Shown in pieces: positions 1 to 11,051 of a stretch of DNA of 64,000 bases (position 1 is its first letter; each line of letters begins with the position of its first letter). The notes below the pieces were generated by a model, which was given only the letters and a program-made list of their open reading frames with translations, did no database searches and had not been told where the DNA came from. Location: the NCBI GenBank assembly GCA_963535345.1, contig CAUSWL010000002.1:11400-75399 (forward strand), written 5' to 3'. Source of the stretch: an uncultured Streptococcus sp. (GTDB lineage: Bacteria > Bacillota > Bacilli > Lactobacillales > Streptococcaceae). Position numbers and translations under genes: made by a program.

Positions 1-2567
1 CCAATCAGTTCCTGCTCTTTGTAAAATTTCTCTGCCTCAGTAAAATCATCAGCTTCAGTCCAACTATAATTTGTATCCGCAAAGAGTCCACCTAACTCCT
101 CAACAAAGACAAATAAGTTTGGTAGGTTCACTAAGATTTTCTGGCGATTCTTGTCAAATTCATCAAAAAGTCCTAGTTCAACCAAAGGCGTCAAAAGCGA
201 CAATTTCTTGTAATTCTTGGGAAGACGTGTGACAAAATCTTCAATGCTTGAGAAAGGACGATTTTCAATAATCCAGTAAGACAAATCTCTTGGCATTCCC
301 TTAATGGCTTTTAGACCAAGATAGATTTTCTTCTTAGCAATTTTATCATGATAGGGAATGCTGTTGATTGCTAAGGGAGCTACTTCAAAGCCCATCTGCA
401 ATGCATCTACAATGTAATCACTGCTAGAATAGTTCAACATAACTTGAAAGAAAATAGCAGGATAGTGTGTCTTGAAATAAGCTAGTTGGAATGCCAGTGC
501 TGAGTAGGCATAAGCGTGGGATCGGTTAAATCCATAGCCTGCAAACTTTTCCATCACTGCAAAAACTTGGTTGGCCTTTTCTTCTGTATGCCCCAATTTC
601 ATAGCTCCTGTGATAAAATCTTCCTTCATCAGATGCATCTCTTTGGCATTTTTCTTACCCATGGCACGTCTGAGAATGTCAGCTTTACCAAGACTGAAAC
701 CTCCAAAACGCTGAGCTACCTGCATGACTTGCTCTTGATAGAGCATAATGCCATAGGTTGATGACAGAATGTCCTCCAAGGCAGGGTCTAACACCGTCAC
801 CTTTTCTCTACCATGCTTCCGAGCGACAAAATTATCAATATAATCACTTGCCCCCGGTCTGTTGAGTGAGGTTGTGGCTACTACCTCTTCGAAGACTTGC
901 GGCTGAACTCGTTTCAAGAGTCGAATGGCGCCAGGTTGTTCAAATTGGAAAATCCCCTTGGTATTTCCAGCTGCAAAGAGGGCTAAAGTTTCACTGTCTT
1001 CCAGGTCAATCTCTTCGATTTTTAGATGAACGCCCTCTGACTCCGCAAGCAATTCCTGCATTTTTTGTACGAAAGTCAGGTTACGTAAACCGAGGAAATC
1101 CATTTTTAAAAGGCCATTAGCTTCAACACCATGAGCATCATACTGAGTGATGAGCATATCCTCACCATATTTTAGAGGAATGTAGTCCGTCAGGTCCTGG
1201 TCACTCATAACGACCCCAGCTGCATGGATAGAAGTCTGTCGAGGATACCCTTCAATCTTTCGAGCAATCTCAAAAGCTTTTTGATATTCCATTTTGCTAT
1301 TGATGACCTGCCTAAACTGTAAATTCTTTTCATAGGCTGTCGTTAGCGTATCTCGAAAACTGATTTTTTTCGTAATATTAGTTAATTCGTACTCAGGGAC
1401 ACCATAACGTTTGAAAACATCACGAATTGCCTGTTTTGCTCCAAAAGTCGAATAGGTAACAATCTGTGCCACATGTTGACTACCATACCGATCACGAACA
1501 TAGCGAATGAACTCCGGCCTATAAAGATCAGGGATGTCGATATCAATATCAGGCATGGTGTATCGCTCACGATTTAAAAAGCGTTCGAAAATCAAGTTCT
1601 TTTCAACCGGATCAATTCCTGTAATATCCAGTGAGTAAGCCACCAGACTACCAACCGCAGAACCACGCCCCATTCCCATATAATATCCTTGGGAACGTCC
1701 AAAACGGAGCAAATCCCAAACTACAAGGAAATAGTCGTCAAAGCCCATATCATGAATCACAGCTAATTCCTCATTCAGTCGCTCATGATAGATAGCTGAG
1801 GTTAGCCCCTTGTCACTCAAGCCTTGCTCAGCTCTCTCTCTAAGTTCTTCGACCGCTGGTCTTTCAGGATTAAAGCGAGGGAGTTTTAAACTTGGGTCGA
1901 TTTGATAGCTTACATTCTCTATCAGACCTTGGAGATTGGCAAGCGCCTGAGGGAAGCGATTTTTAAACCGTGCTTCCAAGTCTGAGGCAGGTAAAAAAAT
2001 CCCTTGTTGTGAATGCAGATCCACTTCTCTCAGACTGACATTGTCCTTGACTGCTGATAAGATTTGTAAAACTTGAATATCTTCTTTTTCAAAAGAGTTG
2101 ACCTGATAGAGTGGAAGAATTGGTCTAGTAAAGACTTCTTGAGGAGTATCTAGACTGACACCGATAAAATAATCGTGCCCCAAATCTAACTGTTCGATTC
2201 CCTCAAAATAGGGAACAATAATAGCAACATCTTCGAGGTGGGAGGTGAAGTCAGACCAATTTTTCCGTCCAGTCATTTTTAAAGTGGATAACTTCATCAA
2301 CTCTTGATAACCTTTAGTGGATAGGGCTAGAAAACGTAGAGAGAGATTCTCCTCATCTTTGACCAAGGTCATTTCTAGACCGACTAAAGGTTGAATGCTA
2401 TGCTTACGAGTTGCTTCTAGAAAATGATAGGCTCCATAGAGATTATCCACATCCATGATAGCAAGGTGAGAATAGCCGTATTCTTTAGCCATTTGTAAAT
2501 ATTTTTCAATCGAAACCACACTTTCCATAAAACTATAAACAGTCTTGGTGTCGAGCTGTGCAATCAT
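1..2567 (-). CDS. dnaE: DNA polymerase III alpha subunit (3' end runs off the window)
   Basis: Not in the ORF track. Manual reading from ATG at 2567 gives MIAQLDTKTVYSFMES (PHP domain start), and later GRGSAVGS, MPDIDID, HAAGVV and KMDFLGL motifs. SD AGGAGG upstream. Confidence 0.96.
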   Translation of the reverse strand, partial: MIAQLDTKTVYSFMESVVSIEKYLQMAKEYGYSHLAIMDVDNLYGAYHFLEATRKHSIQPLVGLEMTLVKDEENLSLRFLALSTKGYQELMKLSTLKMTGRKNWSDFTSHLEDVAIIVPYFEGIEQLDLGHDYFIGVSLDTPQEVFTRPILPLYQVNSFEKEDIQVLQILSAVKDNVSLREVDLHSQQGIFLPASDLEARFKNRFPQALANLQGLIENVSYQIDPSLKLPRFNPERPAVEELRERAEQGLSDKGLTSAIYHERLNEELAVIHDMGFDDYFLVVWDLLRFGRSQGYYMGMGRGSAVGSLVAYSLDITGIDPVEKNLIFERFLNRERYTMPDIDIDIPDLYRPEFIRYVRDRYGSQHVAQIVTYSTFGAKQAIRDVFKRYGVPEYELTNITKKISFRDTLTTAYEKNLQFRQVINSKMEYQKAFEIARKIEGYPRQTSIHAAGVVMSDQDLTDYIPLKYGEDMLITQYDAHGVEANGLLKMDFLGLRNLTFVQKMQELLAESEGVHLKIEEIDLEDSETLALFAAGNTKGIFQFEQPGAIRLLKRVQPQVFEEVVATTSLNRPGASDYIDNFVARKHGREKVTVLDPALEDILSSTYGIMLYQEQVMQVAQRFGGFSLGKADILRRAMGKKNAKEMHLMKEDFITGAMKLGHTEEKANQVFAVMEKFAGYGFNRSHAYAYSALAFQLAYFKTHYPAIFFQVMLNYSSSDYIVDALQMGFEVAPLAINSIPYHDKIAKKKIYLGLKAIKGMPRDLSYWIIENRPFSSIEDFVTRLPKNYKKLSLLTPLVELGLFDEFDKNRQKILVNLPNLFVFVEELGGLFADTNYSWTEADDFTEAEKFYKEQELI

Positions 2568-2980
2568 TTCTTCTCCTCCTTGCTTTCGTTTTACTACTAT
2601 TATACCATTTTAAGCTGGATATTGAAGCAACTCTGCACTTTCTTTTCAATATCCTCAGTTACAAACTTCTTCTCTTCTTAGTGTTAAATTCTTCACTTTT
2701 CAAAGGAAGAAAATAAAAATTAATATTATATAATAGTTTTAAATGTAAATTTAGATATATTTATACCAAACGAAGTATAATAAAGATAGGAGTTATATGC
2801 AGTTTTACATATAAAAATCTCTAGAAAAAGGCTTACTTCTATGGTATTTATTCAGTATTTTATAATAACTTACCAAATAGATATGCTGGTTTAAGAAATT
2901 TATTTCATTTAAGTTTATTTATTCCATTTTTCCCTCTTTTTTGATATAATAAATTCAGTTTGTTTTCAAAGGAGAGAAAC

Positions 2981-5263
2981 ATGCGTTTTAATCAATTCAG
3001 CTATCAACCAACCACTAGTTCTCAACGATTTGCAGAATTAGAAGGTCTTGGTCTAAAGCTGTCACCCCAACTGTCCTTAAAAAGACAGTTTGAAGACTTC
3101 ATTCGTTGGAGTTTTTTCACTTATTCTAACACGGATTATGCCTTATCGACTTTGGCTGCGGATAAAGAAACAGATTTAGTAACTTTTTTCCAGTCAGACC
3201 GTGAGTTAACTGCGGAGATTTTCTACACAGTAGTTTTTCAACTTTTAGGATTTAGCTATCTTGTTGACTTTGAGGATGCCGAACAGTTTCGTAAAGAAAC
3301 TGGTTTTCCTATTGTTTATGGAGATCTCATTGAAAATCTTTATCAGTTACTCAATACCCGAACGAAAAAAGGAAATACGCTCATTGATCAGCTTGTTAGT
3401 GATGGACTCATTTCAGAAGATAATCACTACCACTACTTTAACGGTAAGAGCTTGGCAACCTTCTCTACTCATGATGTCATTCGTGAAGTCGTGTATGTCG
3501 AGAGTCGTGTGGATACTGATAACGACGGTCTCCCTGACTTAGTCAAGGTCAGCATTATTCGCCCGCGTTATGATGGACAGATGCCTTCAGTCATGACTGC
3601 CAACCCTTATCACCAAGGGACCAACGACAAAGCCAGTGACAAGGCTCTCTACAAAATGGAAGGGGAGCTTGAGGTCAAACCGCCCCACACCATTGAACTT
3701 GAGGAACCTAAGCTGAATTTAGTCGAACCTCATGGTCAAGCAGAAGTCGTCTTAGAAGCTGAAGAAAAGCTATCTCATATCAATAGCTCATACACACTCA
3801 ATGACTACTTCCTCCCACGTGGATTTGCCAATCTCTATGTATCGGGTGTTGGAACCAGGGATTCCCAAGGGCTCATGACCAATGGTGACTACCAGCAGAT
3901 TGAAGCTTATAAAAATATCATTGATTGGCTCAATGGTCGTTGTCGTGCTTTCACGGATCACACGCGCAAACGCCAAGTCAAAGCTGACTGGTCAAACGGC
4001 AAAGTCGCAACAACAGGAATTTCTTATCTAGGTACCATGTCTAATGGTCTTGCCACCACTGGTGTTGATGGCTTAGAAGTCATCATCGCAGAAGCAGGTA
4101 TTTCCTCTTGGTACAACTACTATCGGGAAAATGGTCTAGTAACCAGCCCAGGTGGTTATCCGGGTGAGGATTTTGACTCACTTGCTGAACTGACCTACTC
4201 CCGCAACCTCCAAGCTGGTGACTATATTCGTGGCAATGAAGCTCATCAAGCAGACTTAGAAAAGGTTAAAGAGAAACTCGATCGCAAGACTGGTGACTAC
4301 AATCAGTTTTGGCATGACCGCAACTATCTGCTCAATGCTCACAAGGTTCAAGCTGAGGTCGTCTTTACGCATGGTTCCCAGGATTGGAACGTCAAACCTC
4401 TTCATGTTTACCAGATGTTTCATGCCCTTCCTAGCCATATCAATAAGCACCTCTTTTTCCATCATGGTGCCCATGTCTATATGAACAACTGGCAGTCGAT
4501 CGACTTCCGCGAGTCCATGAATGCCTTGTTAAGTATGAAATTGCTAGGACTTGACTCAAGCTATCAACTTCCGACTGTCATCTGGCAGGACAATATCGCA
4601 CCGCAAAAATGGCAAGGTCTTGATAACTTTGGCAAACAGGATGAACTGCATACCTTCTCTCTTGGAACTGAAGAAAAAGTGATTCAAAACCAGTATGATC
4701 AAAAAGATTTTGATCGTTATGGAAAGACTTACCAGATCTTCAACACCGAACTTTACCAAGGAAAAGCCAATCAGATCACCATTGACCTTCCAGTAAGTCA
4801 AAACCTTCACTTAAATGGGAGAGTGGAGCTGAAACTTCGTGTCAAATCGAGTACGAACAAGGGCTTATTATCAGCCCAACTGCTAGAACTTGGACAAAAG
4901 AAATATCTGCAGCCTTATCCAGCTGTTTTAAGTGCTAGAACCATTGATAATGGTCGTTACCACATGTTAGAAAATCTCTGTGAACTACCATTCAACCCAA
5001 GTGCCCAACGTGTCATCACCAAAGGCTACCTTAATCTTCAAAATCGAACCAATCTCTTGACGATTGAAGAAATCCAACCAAATGAATGGATGGACTTCAA
5101 GCTAGAGCTTCAACCAACTATCTACAAACTTAAAAAAGGAGATACTCTCCGTTTGGTTCTCTACACCACAGACTTTGAGATTACAATTCGAGATAATACA
5201 GACTATCACTTGACTGTTGATTTAGCACAGTCTAGTCTTATCCTACCTTGTCAAAAGGTATAA
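2981..5263 (+). CDS. pepX: Xaa-Pro dipeptidyl-peptidase
   Basis: GISYLG serine motif, HGSQDWNV, ~760 aa. Start placed at the ATG after AAGGAG. Confidence 0.96.
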   Translation: MRFNQFSYQPTTSSQRFAELEGLGLKLSPQLSLKRQFEDFIRWSFFTYSNTDYALSTLAADKETDLVTFFQSDRELTAEIFYTVVFQLLGFSYLVDFEDAEQFRKETGFPIVYGDLIENLYQLLNTRTKKGNTLIDQLVSDGLISEDNHYHYFNGKSLATFSTHDVIREVVYVESRVDTDNDGLPDLVKVSIIRPRYDGQMPSVMTANPYHQGTNDKASDKALYKMEGELEVKPPHTIELEEPKLNLVEPHGQAEVVLEAEEKLSHINSSYTLNDYFLPRGFANLYVSGVGTRDSQGLMTNGDYQQIEAYKNIIDWLNGRCRAFTDHTRKRQVKADWSNGKVATTGISYLGTMSNGLATTGVDGLEVIIAEAGISSWYNYYRENGLVTSPGGYPGEDFDSLAELTYSRNLQAGDYIRGNEAHQADLEKVKEKLDRKTGDYNQFWHDRNYLLNAHKVQAEVVFTHGSQDWNVKPLHVYQMFHALPSHINKHLFFHHGAHVYMNNWQSIDFRESMNALLSMKLLGLDSSYQLPTVIWQDNIAPQKWQGLDNFGKQDELHTFSLGTEEKVIQNQYDQKDFDRYGKTYQIFNTELYQGKANQITIDLPVSQNLHLNGRVELKLRVKSSTNKGLLSAQLLELGQKKYLQPYPAVLSARTIDNGRYHMLENLCELPFNPSAQRVITKGYLNLQNRTNLLTIEEIQPNEWMDFKLELQPTIYKLKKGDTLRLVLYTTDFEITIRDNTDYHLTVDLAQSSLILPCQKV

Positions 5264-5265
5264 TC

Positions 5266-5770
5266 TACCAGACTTTCAATATGGAAATATTCAAAGGAAA
5301 AGTTAATGAATTTGACCATTGAACTTCCTATAACCGAAGTTTTCCACTTGAACAGTCGAATCAAACATAAACTTTGTATCAAATCCAGTTCATCTGAAAG
5401 CATTTTAGAAGCCCTAGATAGAACTTGGACAAAAGATACTCCCTCTAACCAACATGTGTAACCATTTATCATACACGCTACTAGACCACATGTTGGAAAT
5501 CACTGTGAATTACATTTAGAGTAAATTCACAACAAGCCGTGACAAAAAGCTACCCAAATTGAATGATTCACTGTCATTAAAGAACATCAATGTAGATGAA
5601 CGGATTGCTACCCAGTTTATCTGCACGCAACTAGTGACAAAGTTAAAAGAAGGAGAATCTCTCCATCTAGTTCTTTATCCTACTGACTGCGAAATCATCA
5701 TACGTGACAATACCGCCTACCACCCGACTGACGTTATCGTTCAGTCCACGCTACTGTACCTTGTAAAAGG
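5266..5770 (+). pseudogene. Decayed tandem copy of the pepX 3' end (~170-180 codons)
   Basis: Frameshifted translation YQTFNMEIFKGKVNE/TIELPITEVFHLNSRIKHKLCIKSS...KLKEGESLHLVLYPTDCEIIIRDNTAYH is collinear with Pep[42 protein letters not shown]...[28 protein letters not shown] (nt 4730-5263). Confidence 0.85.
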
Positions 5771-5782
5771 AGTACTTACTTT

Positions 5783-6253
5783 ATGAACAAATCAGAACAC
5801 AGACACCAACTTATCCGCGCCCTCGTTTCAAAAAACAAAATCCATACACAAGCTGAATTACAAGCCTTGTTAGCGGAAAATGATATCCAAGTTACTCAGG
5901 CTACCCTATCACGCGATATCAAAACCATGAACCTTTCAAAAGTGCGCGAAGAGGATAATTCTTACTATGTGCTAAATACAGGGTCTATCTCCAAATGGGA
6001 AAAACGTCTTGAAAACTATATGGAAGATGCTCTTGTTATGTTGCGTCCGGTGCAACACCAAGTTATTTTGAAAACTTTACCCGGTTTAGCCCAATCATTT
6101 GGATCTGTAATTGATTCCTTGGCCTTTCCAGATGTCGTTGCAACTCTTTGTGGAGACGATGTCTGCATGATTATCTGTGAAGATGCTACAAAAGCGCAGG
6201 CTTGTTTTGAGAGTCTTAAAAAATATGCGCCACCATTTTTCTTTAGTGAATAA
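5783..6253 (+). CDS. argR: Arginine repressor (ArgR/AhrC family)
   Basis: TQATLSRDI winged-helix motif, KTLPG and CGDD arginine-binding motifs. Confidence 0.93.
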   Translation: MNKSEHRHQLIRALVSKNKIHTQAELQALLAENDIQVTQATLSRDIKTMNLSKVREEDNSYYVLNTGSISKWEKRLENYMEDALVMLRPVQHQVILKTLPGLAQSFGSVIDSLAFPDVVATLCGDDVCMIICEDATKAQACFESLKKYAPPFFFSE

Positions 6254-6259
6254 AACAAA

Positions 6260-6291
6260 TCCCGTGATTAAAAGATCACGGGAATTTTTTA
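6260..6291. terminator. Bidirectional intrinsic terminator between convergent argR and the obg operon
   Basis: TCCCGTGAT-taaaag-ATCACGGGA hairpin flanked by A and T tracts. Confidence 0.75.
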
Positions 6292-6453
6292 TTTCTTTGA
6301 CTGTGTTTCTTCTTTCTTTGTACGCGCCAATCGAAGAGCGCGTTTAGGATTGAGACGATTAAATAATTCTTCTAGTTTCTTTTCATTCCATACATCTGCT
6401 GCAGAAACAAAATTGCCATCTGCATCTCGGAATGATATCGGTTTATCTCCCAT
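6289..6453 (-). CDS. Small hypothetical protein (54 aa) downstream of obgE
   Basis: MGDKPISFRDADGNFVSAADVWNEKKLEELFNRLNPKRALRLARTKKEETQSKK, with AGGAG SD overlapping the obgE stop. Below the ORF-track cutoff. Confidence 0.75.
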   Translation of the reverse strand: MGDKPISFRDADGNFVSAADVWNEKKLEELFNRLNPKRALRLARTKKEETQSKK

Positions 6454-6462
6454 ATCAATCTC

Positions 6463-7773
6463 CTAGTCTACAAATTCAAATTCAAATTTACCAATTCGGA
6501 CCAAATCGCCATCTTTGGCTCCACGCGCACGAAGGGCTTCATCAACCCCCATACCACGAAGCTGACGGGCAAACTTCATGACCGATTCGTCACGGTCAAA
6601 GTTGGTCATGTTAAAGAGTTTCATTAGTTTTTCACCAGAAAGTACCCATGTCGCATCATCATCACGACTAATCTCAAAGGCTTTTTCTTCCTCGTCAAAG
6701 CCATAGTAAGTCTCTTCTTCCATATCGGATTCATCATAAATCGGGAATTCTGGAGTCTTGTCTAACAATTCAGCTGTCGCGTCCAAAAGAGTCGCCAACC
6801 CTTGCTTGGTCAATCCAGAAATTGGGAAAATGGCTGGAAGTTCCTCAAACTCGTCGTAGTTTGCAGCCAACTTTTCCTTGAAAGTTTTCAGATTTTCCTG
6901 ACTTTCAGGCATATCCATCTTGTTGGCCACGATAATCTGTGGACGTTCCATGAGACGAAGATTATAGGATTCCAATTCCTTATTGATAGCAAGGTAGTCC
7001 TCATAAGGATCACGTCCTTCACTAGCTGACATATCGATGACATGGAGGATAACTCGAGTGCGTTCGATATGACGAAGAAACTGGGTTCCAAGACCAACAC
7101 CTTGACTAGCCCCTTCAATCAAACCTGGAAGGTCTGCTACTGCAAAAGATTCACCTGACTGTGTACGAACCATACCCAAATTAGGGACAATCGTAGTAAA
7201 GTGGTAAGCACCGATTTTAGGTTTAGCTGAAGTGATGACACTAAGCAAAGTTGACTTTCCGACAGATGGGAAACCGACCAAGCCGACATCCGCTAGAATC
7301 TTCAATTCCAGTTGCAACTCACGTTCTTGACCTGGCTCTCCATTCTCAGAGATTTCAGGTGCAGGATTTTTGGGAGTGGCAAAACGGATATTTCCACGAC
7401 CACCTCGACCGCCATGAGCCACGATAAATTCCTGACCATGTTCAATCAAGTCTGTAATGACTTTGCCAGTTTCTGCATCACGTACAGTAGTCCCCTGTGG
7501 CACGCGAACACGTAGATCTTCTGCACCACGTCCGTGCATTCCTTTGGTCATTCCTTTTTCACCGGAATCAGCCTTGAAATGACGGTTATAGCGGAAATCC
7601 ATCAAGGTACGTAAGCCTTCGTCTACCACGAAAACAACGTTACCTCCACGTCCACCATCACCACCCCAAGGACCGCCATTAGGGACATATTTTTCACGGC
7701 GAAAGGCAACCATACCATCGCCACCATTACCAGCCTTGACCTTAATCTTGGCTGTATCTAAAAACATACTCAT
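6463..7773 (-). CDS. obgE: GTPase ObgE/CgtA
   Basis: Gly-rich Obg fold, [12 protein letters not shown] and NKMD motifs, C-terminal OCT domain. Confidence 0.98.
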   Translation of the reverse strand: MSMFLDTAKIKVKAGNGGDGMVAFRREKYVPNGGPWGGDGGRGGNVVFVVDEGLRTLMDFRYNRHFKADSGEKGMTKGMHGRGAEDLRVRVPQGTTVRDAETGKVITDLIEHGQEFIVAHGGRGGRGNIRFATPKNPAPEISENGEPGQERELQLELKILADVGLVGFPSVGKSTLLSVITSAKPKIGAYHFTTIVPNLGMVRTQSGESFAVADLPGLIEGASQGVGLGTQFLRHIERTRVILHVIDMSASEGRDPYEDYLAINKELESYNLRLMERPQIIVANKMDMPESQENLKTFKEKLAANYDEFEELPAIFPISGLTKQGLATLLDATAELLDKTPEFPIYDESDMEEETYYGFDEEEKAFEISRDDDATWVLSGEKLMKLFNMTNFDRDESVMKFARQLRGMGVDEALRARGAKDGDLVRIGKFEFEFVD

Positions 7774-7844
7774 ATTTTCTTCTCACTTTAAAAAGGCTGG
7801 GGAGAACCCAGTCATTAGTTATTGTTTCTATCCTCGTAGCTTGC

Positions 7845-7979
7845 TTAGAATCTACTGAAAGCTCCAAGCGCAGTTGCAAAGATACCAGCAAGGGTTACAA
7901 ACAACATGATAAGCACGACAACAAGTGTCACCTTTTCAAACAAAGTTTTTTTACGTTTTCCGTTATCTCCAAAAGCCAT
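7845..7979 (-). CDS. Small membrane protein (44 aa, DUF4044-like)
   Basis: MAFGDNGKRKKTLFEKVTLVVVLIMLFVTLAGIFATALGAFSRF, with AAGGAG SD and an upstream TATAT-rich -10 region. Below the ORF-track cutoff. Confidence 0.75.
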   Translation of the reverse strand: MAFGDNGKRKKTLFEKVTLVVVLIMLFVTLAGIFATALGAFSRF

Positions 7980-8008
7980 AACTTCTCCTTTTTCTATATA
8001 ATTCTAAT

Positions 8009-8197
8009 TTAATATTCTGTCGAAACTGGTGCAATCAACCATAAAATGATATAAGCAAGGACTCCTGTCCCATAACAAAATGCAAGAACAGCCCAAATGA
8101 CACGAACAATTGTTGGATCAATATCAAAATAATGAGCAACTCCTGCGCATACTCCACCAATTTTTTGATCTTTTCCGCTTCTCATTAATTTTTTCAT
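8009..8197 (-). CDS. PspC-domain small membrane protein
   Basis: KKLMRS..IGGVCAGVAHYFDIDPTIVR..YIILWLIAP is the PspC signature. Confidence 0.9.
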   Translation of the reverse strand: MKKLMRSGKDQKIGGVCAGVAHYFDIDPTIVRVIWAVLAFCYGTGVLAYIILWLIAPVSTEY

Positions 8198-8217
8198 TTT
8201 TTCTTCCTCTTATTCTA

Positions 8218-9543
8218 TTATTTGAATTCGTCTCTCCAATAATCTCTGATGCTAGACAATTGTTTTCGAGACGCTCTTAAAATACGCTTGGATTCTTTTA
8301 CTGGGCTTGTAACAGCCTGTTGAGGTAGATAAAGAATCGTTTTTAAGAAGCGCTGAGTGACAGGTTGTCCATCATGTAACTCATGTTCAAAGTTATTTGA
8401 GATAATAGCATCAAGGTAAAACTCATGAACTCGTTTCCCAAAATTTTCAGCCGAAATCTCGTACAACTTATCCGCTAACTTTTGTTCAGACATATCAGGA
8501 GTAGCGATCAATGCTTCAAGGATAGCTCCTGCAAGCTCTCGTTCTCCATAGTAGAGAGTCCCAAACATTTTATCATTGATCAGATTTTCAAGATAGGGGT
8601 TGCCATGAGCAATAACAGGCGTTCCACTGGCTAGACTCTCTAGATAAGTCAATCCTTGGGTTTCACTAGTAGAAGCAGAAATAAAGAAATCTGCTGCCTT
8701 ATAGTACAAGGCTGTCTCACTTGGAGCAATCATACCTGTAAAAATCACATGTTTTTGTATGTTTAATTTCCCTGCTTGTTCTTTCAGACTGTCCAGATAA
8801 GGTCCGTCTCCAGCAACAACCAACTTCACCTTGTCTTCTTCTTTCAAAACCTGCGCAAAGGCTGCTAAGACTGCTTGGATATTCTTCTCAAAGGAGATAC
8901 GAGAAAGACTCAGCAGCATTTTCTCGCCTTCCTGAATACCTAACTTCGAACGAAGCTCTTGTAAGTTTTCCTCTTTGATCTCAGGTCGTTCAAACTTAGC
9001 CAGCTCAATTCCAGTTGGGATGACCCGCTTTTCAACCTTGACTTTGTATTTCGATAAAAGGTCACGAACAATCTCACTAGGGCAAATCACGCCATCTACA
9101 TCATGAAGGAAGCCACGCACCAAATATTTTACCATACTCGGACGAATTAGCATGCCCTTAGCAATGTAATGCACATAGTCTTCATATTGGGTATGGTAGG
9201 TATGAATAACTGGAATTTTCAATTCTCTAGCAATCCAAATCCCTAACAAACCAAGAGAAAATTCGGTCTGGGTATGAATAATATCGAGTTGATACTGCTT
9301 GGCAATTTCAAGTGCCTTTGTAAAACCTCGGTAGGCAAATCGTCGATCCTTAAACGCAAAGAAAGGGACACTCGGAATGCGAATAATTTGCCAATCTTCG
9401 TATCGGTTTACGTCTTTATCAGTCGTTGTAAAGATAAAAACTGCATGTCCTTGCTTTTCAAGCTCAGTTTTCAAGGTCCGTATACTAGTCGCAACCCCGG
9501 AAACTTGAGGGAAATAGGTGTCTGTAAATAAACCAATTCGCAT
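8218..9543 (-). CDS. GT4 glycosyltransferase, probable 1,2-diacylglycerol glucosyltransferase (monoglucosyl-DAG synthase)
   Basis: MRIGLFTDTYFPQVSGV, HTYHT and ETQGLTYLES motifs; paired with cpoA. Confidence 0.88.
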   Translation of the reverse strand: MRIGLFTDTYFPQVSGVATSIRTLKTELEKQGHAVFIFTTTDKDVNRYEDWQIIRIPSVPFFAFKDRRFAYRGFTKALEIAKQYQLDIIHTQTEFSLGLLGIWIARELKIPVIHTYHTQYEDYVHYIAKGMLIRPSMVKYLVRGFLHDVDGVICPSEIVRDLLSKYKVKVEKRVIPTGIELAKFERPEIKEENLQELRSKLGIQEGEKMLLSLSRISFEKNIQAVLAAFAQVLKEEDKVKLVVAGDGPYLDSLKEQAGKLNIQKHVIFTGMIAPSETALYYKAADFFISASTSETQGLTYLESLASGTPVIAHGNPYLENLINDKMFGTLYYGERELAGAILEALIATPDMSEQKLADKLYEISAENFGKRVHEFYLDAIISNNFEHELHDGQPVTQRFLKTILYLPQQAVTSPVKESKRILRASRKQLSSIRDYWRDEFK

Positions 9544-9551
9544 AAATTACC

Positions 9552-10595
9552 TCACTTTTTGCCCAAAGCAGCCTGTTCTCGATAAAATTTTAACCAGATT
9601 TCCAACAAATGCTCCTCAGAGTACTCTTTGGAAATCTCACGAGCTTTTTCTTTCAAGTCCTTTAAGGCTTCAGGGTCATTCTTGTATTCTAGGATTGCTT
9701 CTCTCATCTCGGAAACATCACTTGTAGCACGATAATTCCCATCAAGAATAACCTTATACAGATCCAAATCTCTTAACATAATAGGAGCCTCGCAACTAGC
9801 AGCCTCTAAGATAGTCATAGGGAATAATTCATTGTAACTTGGTAGCAAGAATAGATCCGCCATAGCGTAAAGTTCCCGCATCCGTTCCGGTGACACAATT
9901 CCAGGGAAAATAAGATTTTTGGGTGGATTGTCCATTATCTTCTTGTAGCGTTCATAACCATCTGTCATCCCACCAAATGAAAAACCACCTGCCCAGATAA
10001 AGGTAATTTCTGGCAATTCCTCAGCAAGACGGATAAAATCATCAATTCCTTTACGTTTCTGAACCTGACCCGCACCGATTACGACAAACTGATCTTCCGC
10101 GAGATCCATTTCCTTCCGGAGTTGAGCAACTTGTTCAGCTGGTAATGGATGCCATTTTTCTTTGTTTACAAAATTTGGAATATAAGTTACTTTTTCACGC
10201 GGAATACCAGCAGCCACTAAATCCTCGATAAACATGGGATTGACCACCACCAAGTGTTCCATTCGGTTGTAAAAGGAAAAAACATAGCGTTTGACAATTC
10301 CTTTTAGGAAAAATGGAATCTTCAAACTCCCCTCAAGCGTATCAGGCAAAAAATGCACATAGCCAATTTTTCTCCCAGAGCGTTTCTTTTGGAAAGTAGA
10401 TAAATAGTAGGGGAAATCAATGGTATGAAAGTGAGTTACATCCGCTTCTACAGGAAGATTCTCTGTAACAATCAACTGGTCTTTGGCTTCGCGGTGAAGG
10501 AGACTAACCAATTCTCGATAAGCTCCTGACACTCCTTGACCAGCTACTTTTTCACTTGAGCTTAGCATATTAATACGCAATTTTTCGTTTTCCAT
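9552..10595 (-). CDS. cpoA: GT4 glycosyltransferase CpoA (diglycosyl-DAG synthase)
   Basis: SSSEKVAGQGV, RKGIDDF and ELFPMTILEA motifs; position downstream of rpoD. Confidence 0.87.
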   Translation of the reverse strand: MENEKLRINMLSSSEKVAGQGVSGAYRELVSLLHREAKDQLIVTENLPVEADVTHFHTIDFPYYLSTFQKKRSGRKIGYVHFLPDTLEGSLKIPFFLKGIVKRYVFSFYNRMEHLVVVNPMFIEDLVAAGIPREKVTYIPNFVNKEKWHPLPAEQVAQLRKEMDLAEDQFVVIGAGQVQKRKGIDDFIRLAEELPEITFIWAGGFSFGGMTDGYERYKKIMDNPPKNLIFPGIVSPERMRELYAMADLFLLPSYNELFPMTILEAASCEAPIMLRDLDLYKVILDGNYRATSDVSEMREAILEYKNDPEALKDLKEKAREISKEYSEEHLLEIWLKFYREQAALGKK

Positions 10596-10643
10596 ACCTT
10601 TCATTATACCATTTTATTTCCAGAAAATCAGCAAAAGAAAGAA

Positions 10644-10700
10644 GAGACGATTGGAAAAAGGATAAAATTATCCTATTTTCCAATCGTCTCTCTCATTTTT
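10644..10700 (-). terminator. Long hairpin terminator ending the dnaG-rpoD-DUF59 operon
   Basis: GAGACGATTGGAAAA-AGGATAA..TTATCCT-ATTTTCCAATCGTCTC inverted repeat followed by a T-rich tract on the minus strand. Confidence 0.7.
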
Positions 10701-10707
10701 TTAGTCT

Positions 10708-11037
10708 TTATTTAATTCCTAGGGCGATACGCGCGTATCGGCTCATTTTTTCAACCGTCCAAGCTGGATACCAGACCAATTTAACTTCGGTATTGGTTAC
10801 CTCAGGCACATCAGTCATCGCATCGTGTATCTGGTCTGTCAAAAGGTCAGCCAGTGGGCAGCCCATAGTTGTCAAGGTCATATCAATTTCAGTGTGACCT
10901 GTTTCACCATCAAAACGAATTTCATAAATCAAACCTAGGTTGACAATATCAATCCCCAACTCAGGGTCGATGACTTCTTCCAAAGCATTTAAAATGCGTG
11001 TTTTGATCGTTTCAATTTGCTCTTCTGTATAAGCCAT
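10708..11037 (-). CDS. Metal-sulfur cluster assembly factor (DUF59/SufT-like)
   Basis: VIDPELGIDIVNLGLIY and MTLTTMGCP motifs. Confidence 0.9.
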   Translation of the reverse strand: MAYTEEQIETIKTRILNALEEVIDPELGIDIVNLGLIYEIRFDGETGHTEIDMTLTTMGCPLADLLTDQIHDAMTDVPEVTNTEVKLVWYPAWTVEKMSRYARIALGIK

Positions 11038-11051
11038 GTTATTCCTCACTC

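Noticed and set aside
516..1570. Short ORFs 516-761, 866-1120 and 1382-1570
   Set aside because: They lie antisense or out of frame within dnaE and show no recognisable motifs.
5251..5786. ORFs 5251-5472 (-) and 5559-5786 (+) as genuine genes
   Set aside because: Both fall within the decayed pepX duplicate; the plus-strand ORF is a fragment of it with a TTG start and no SD.
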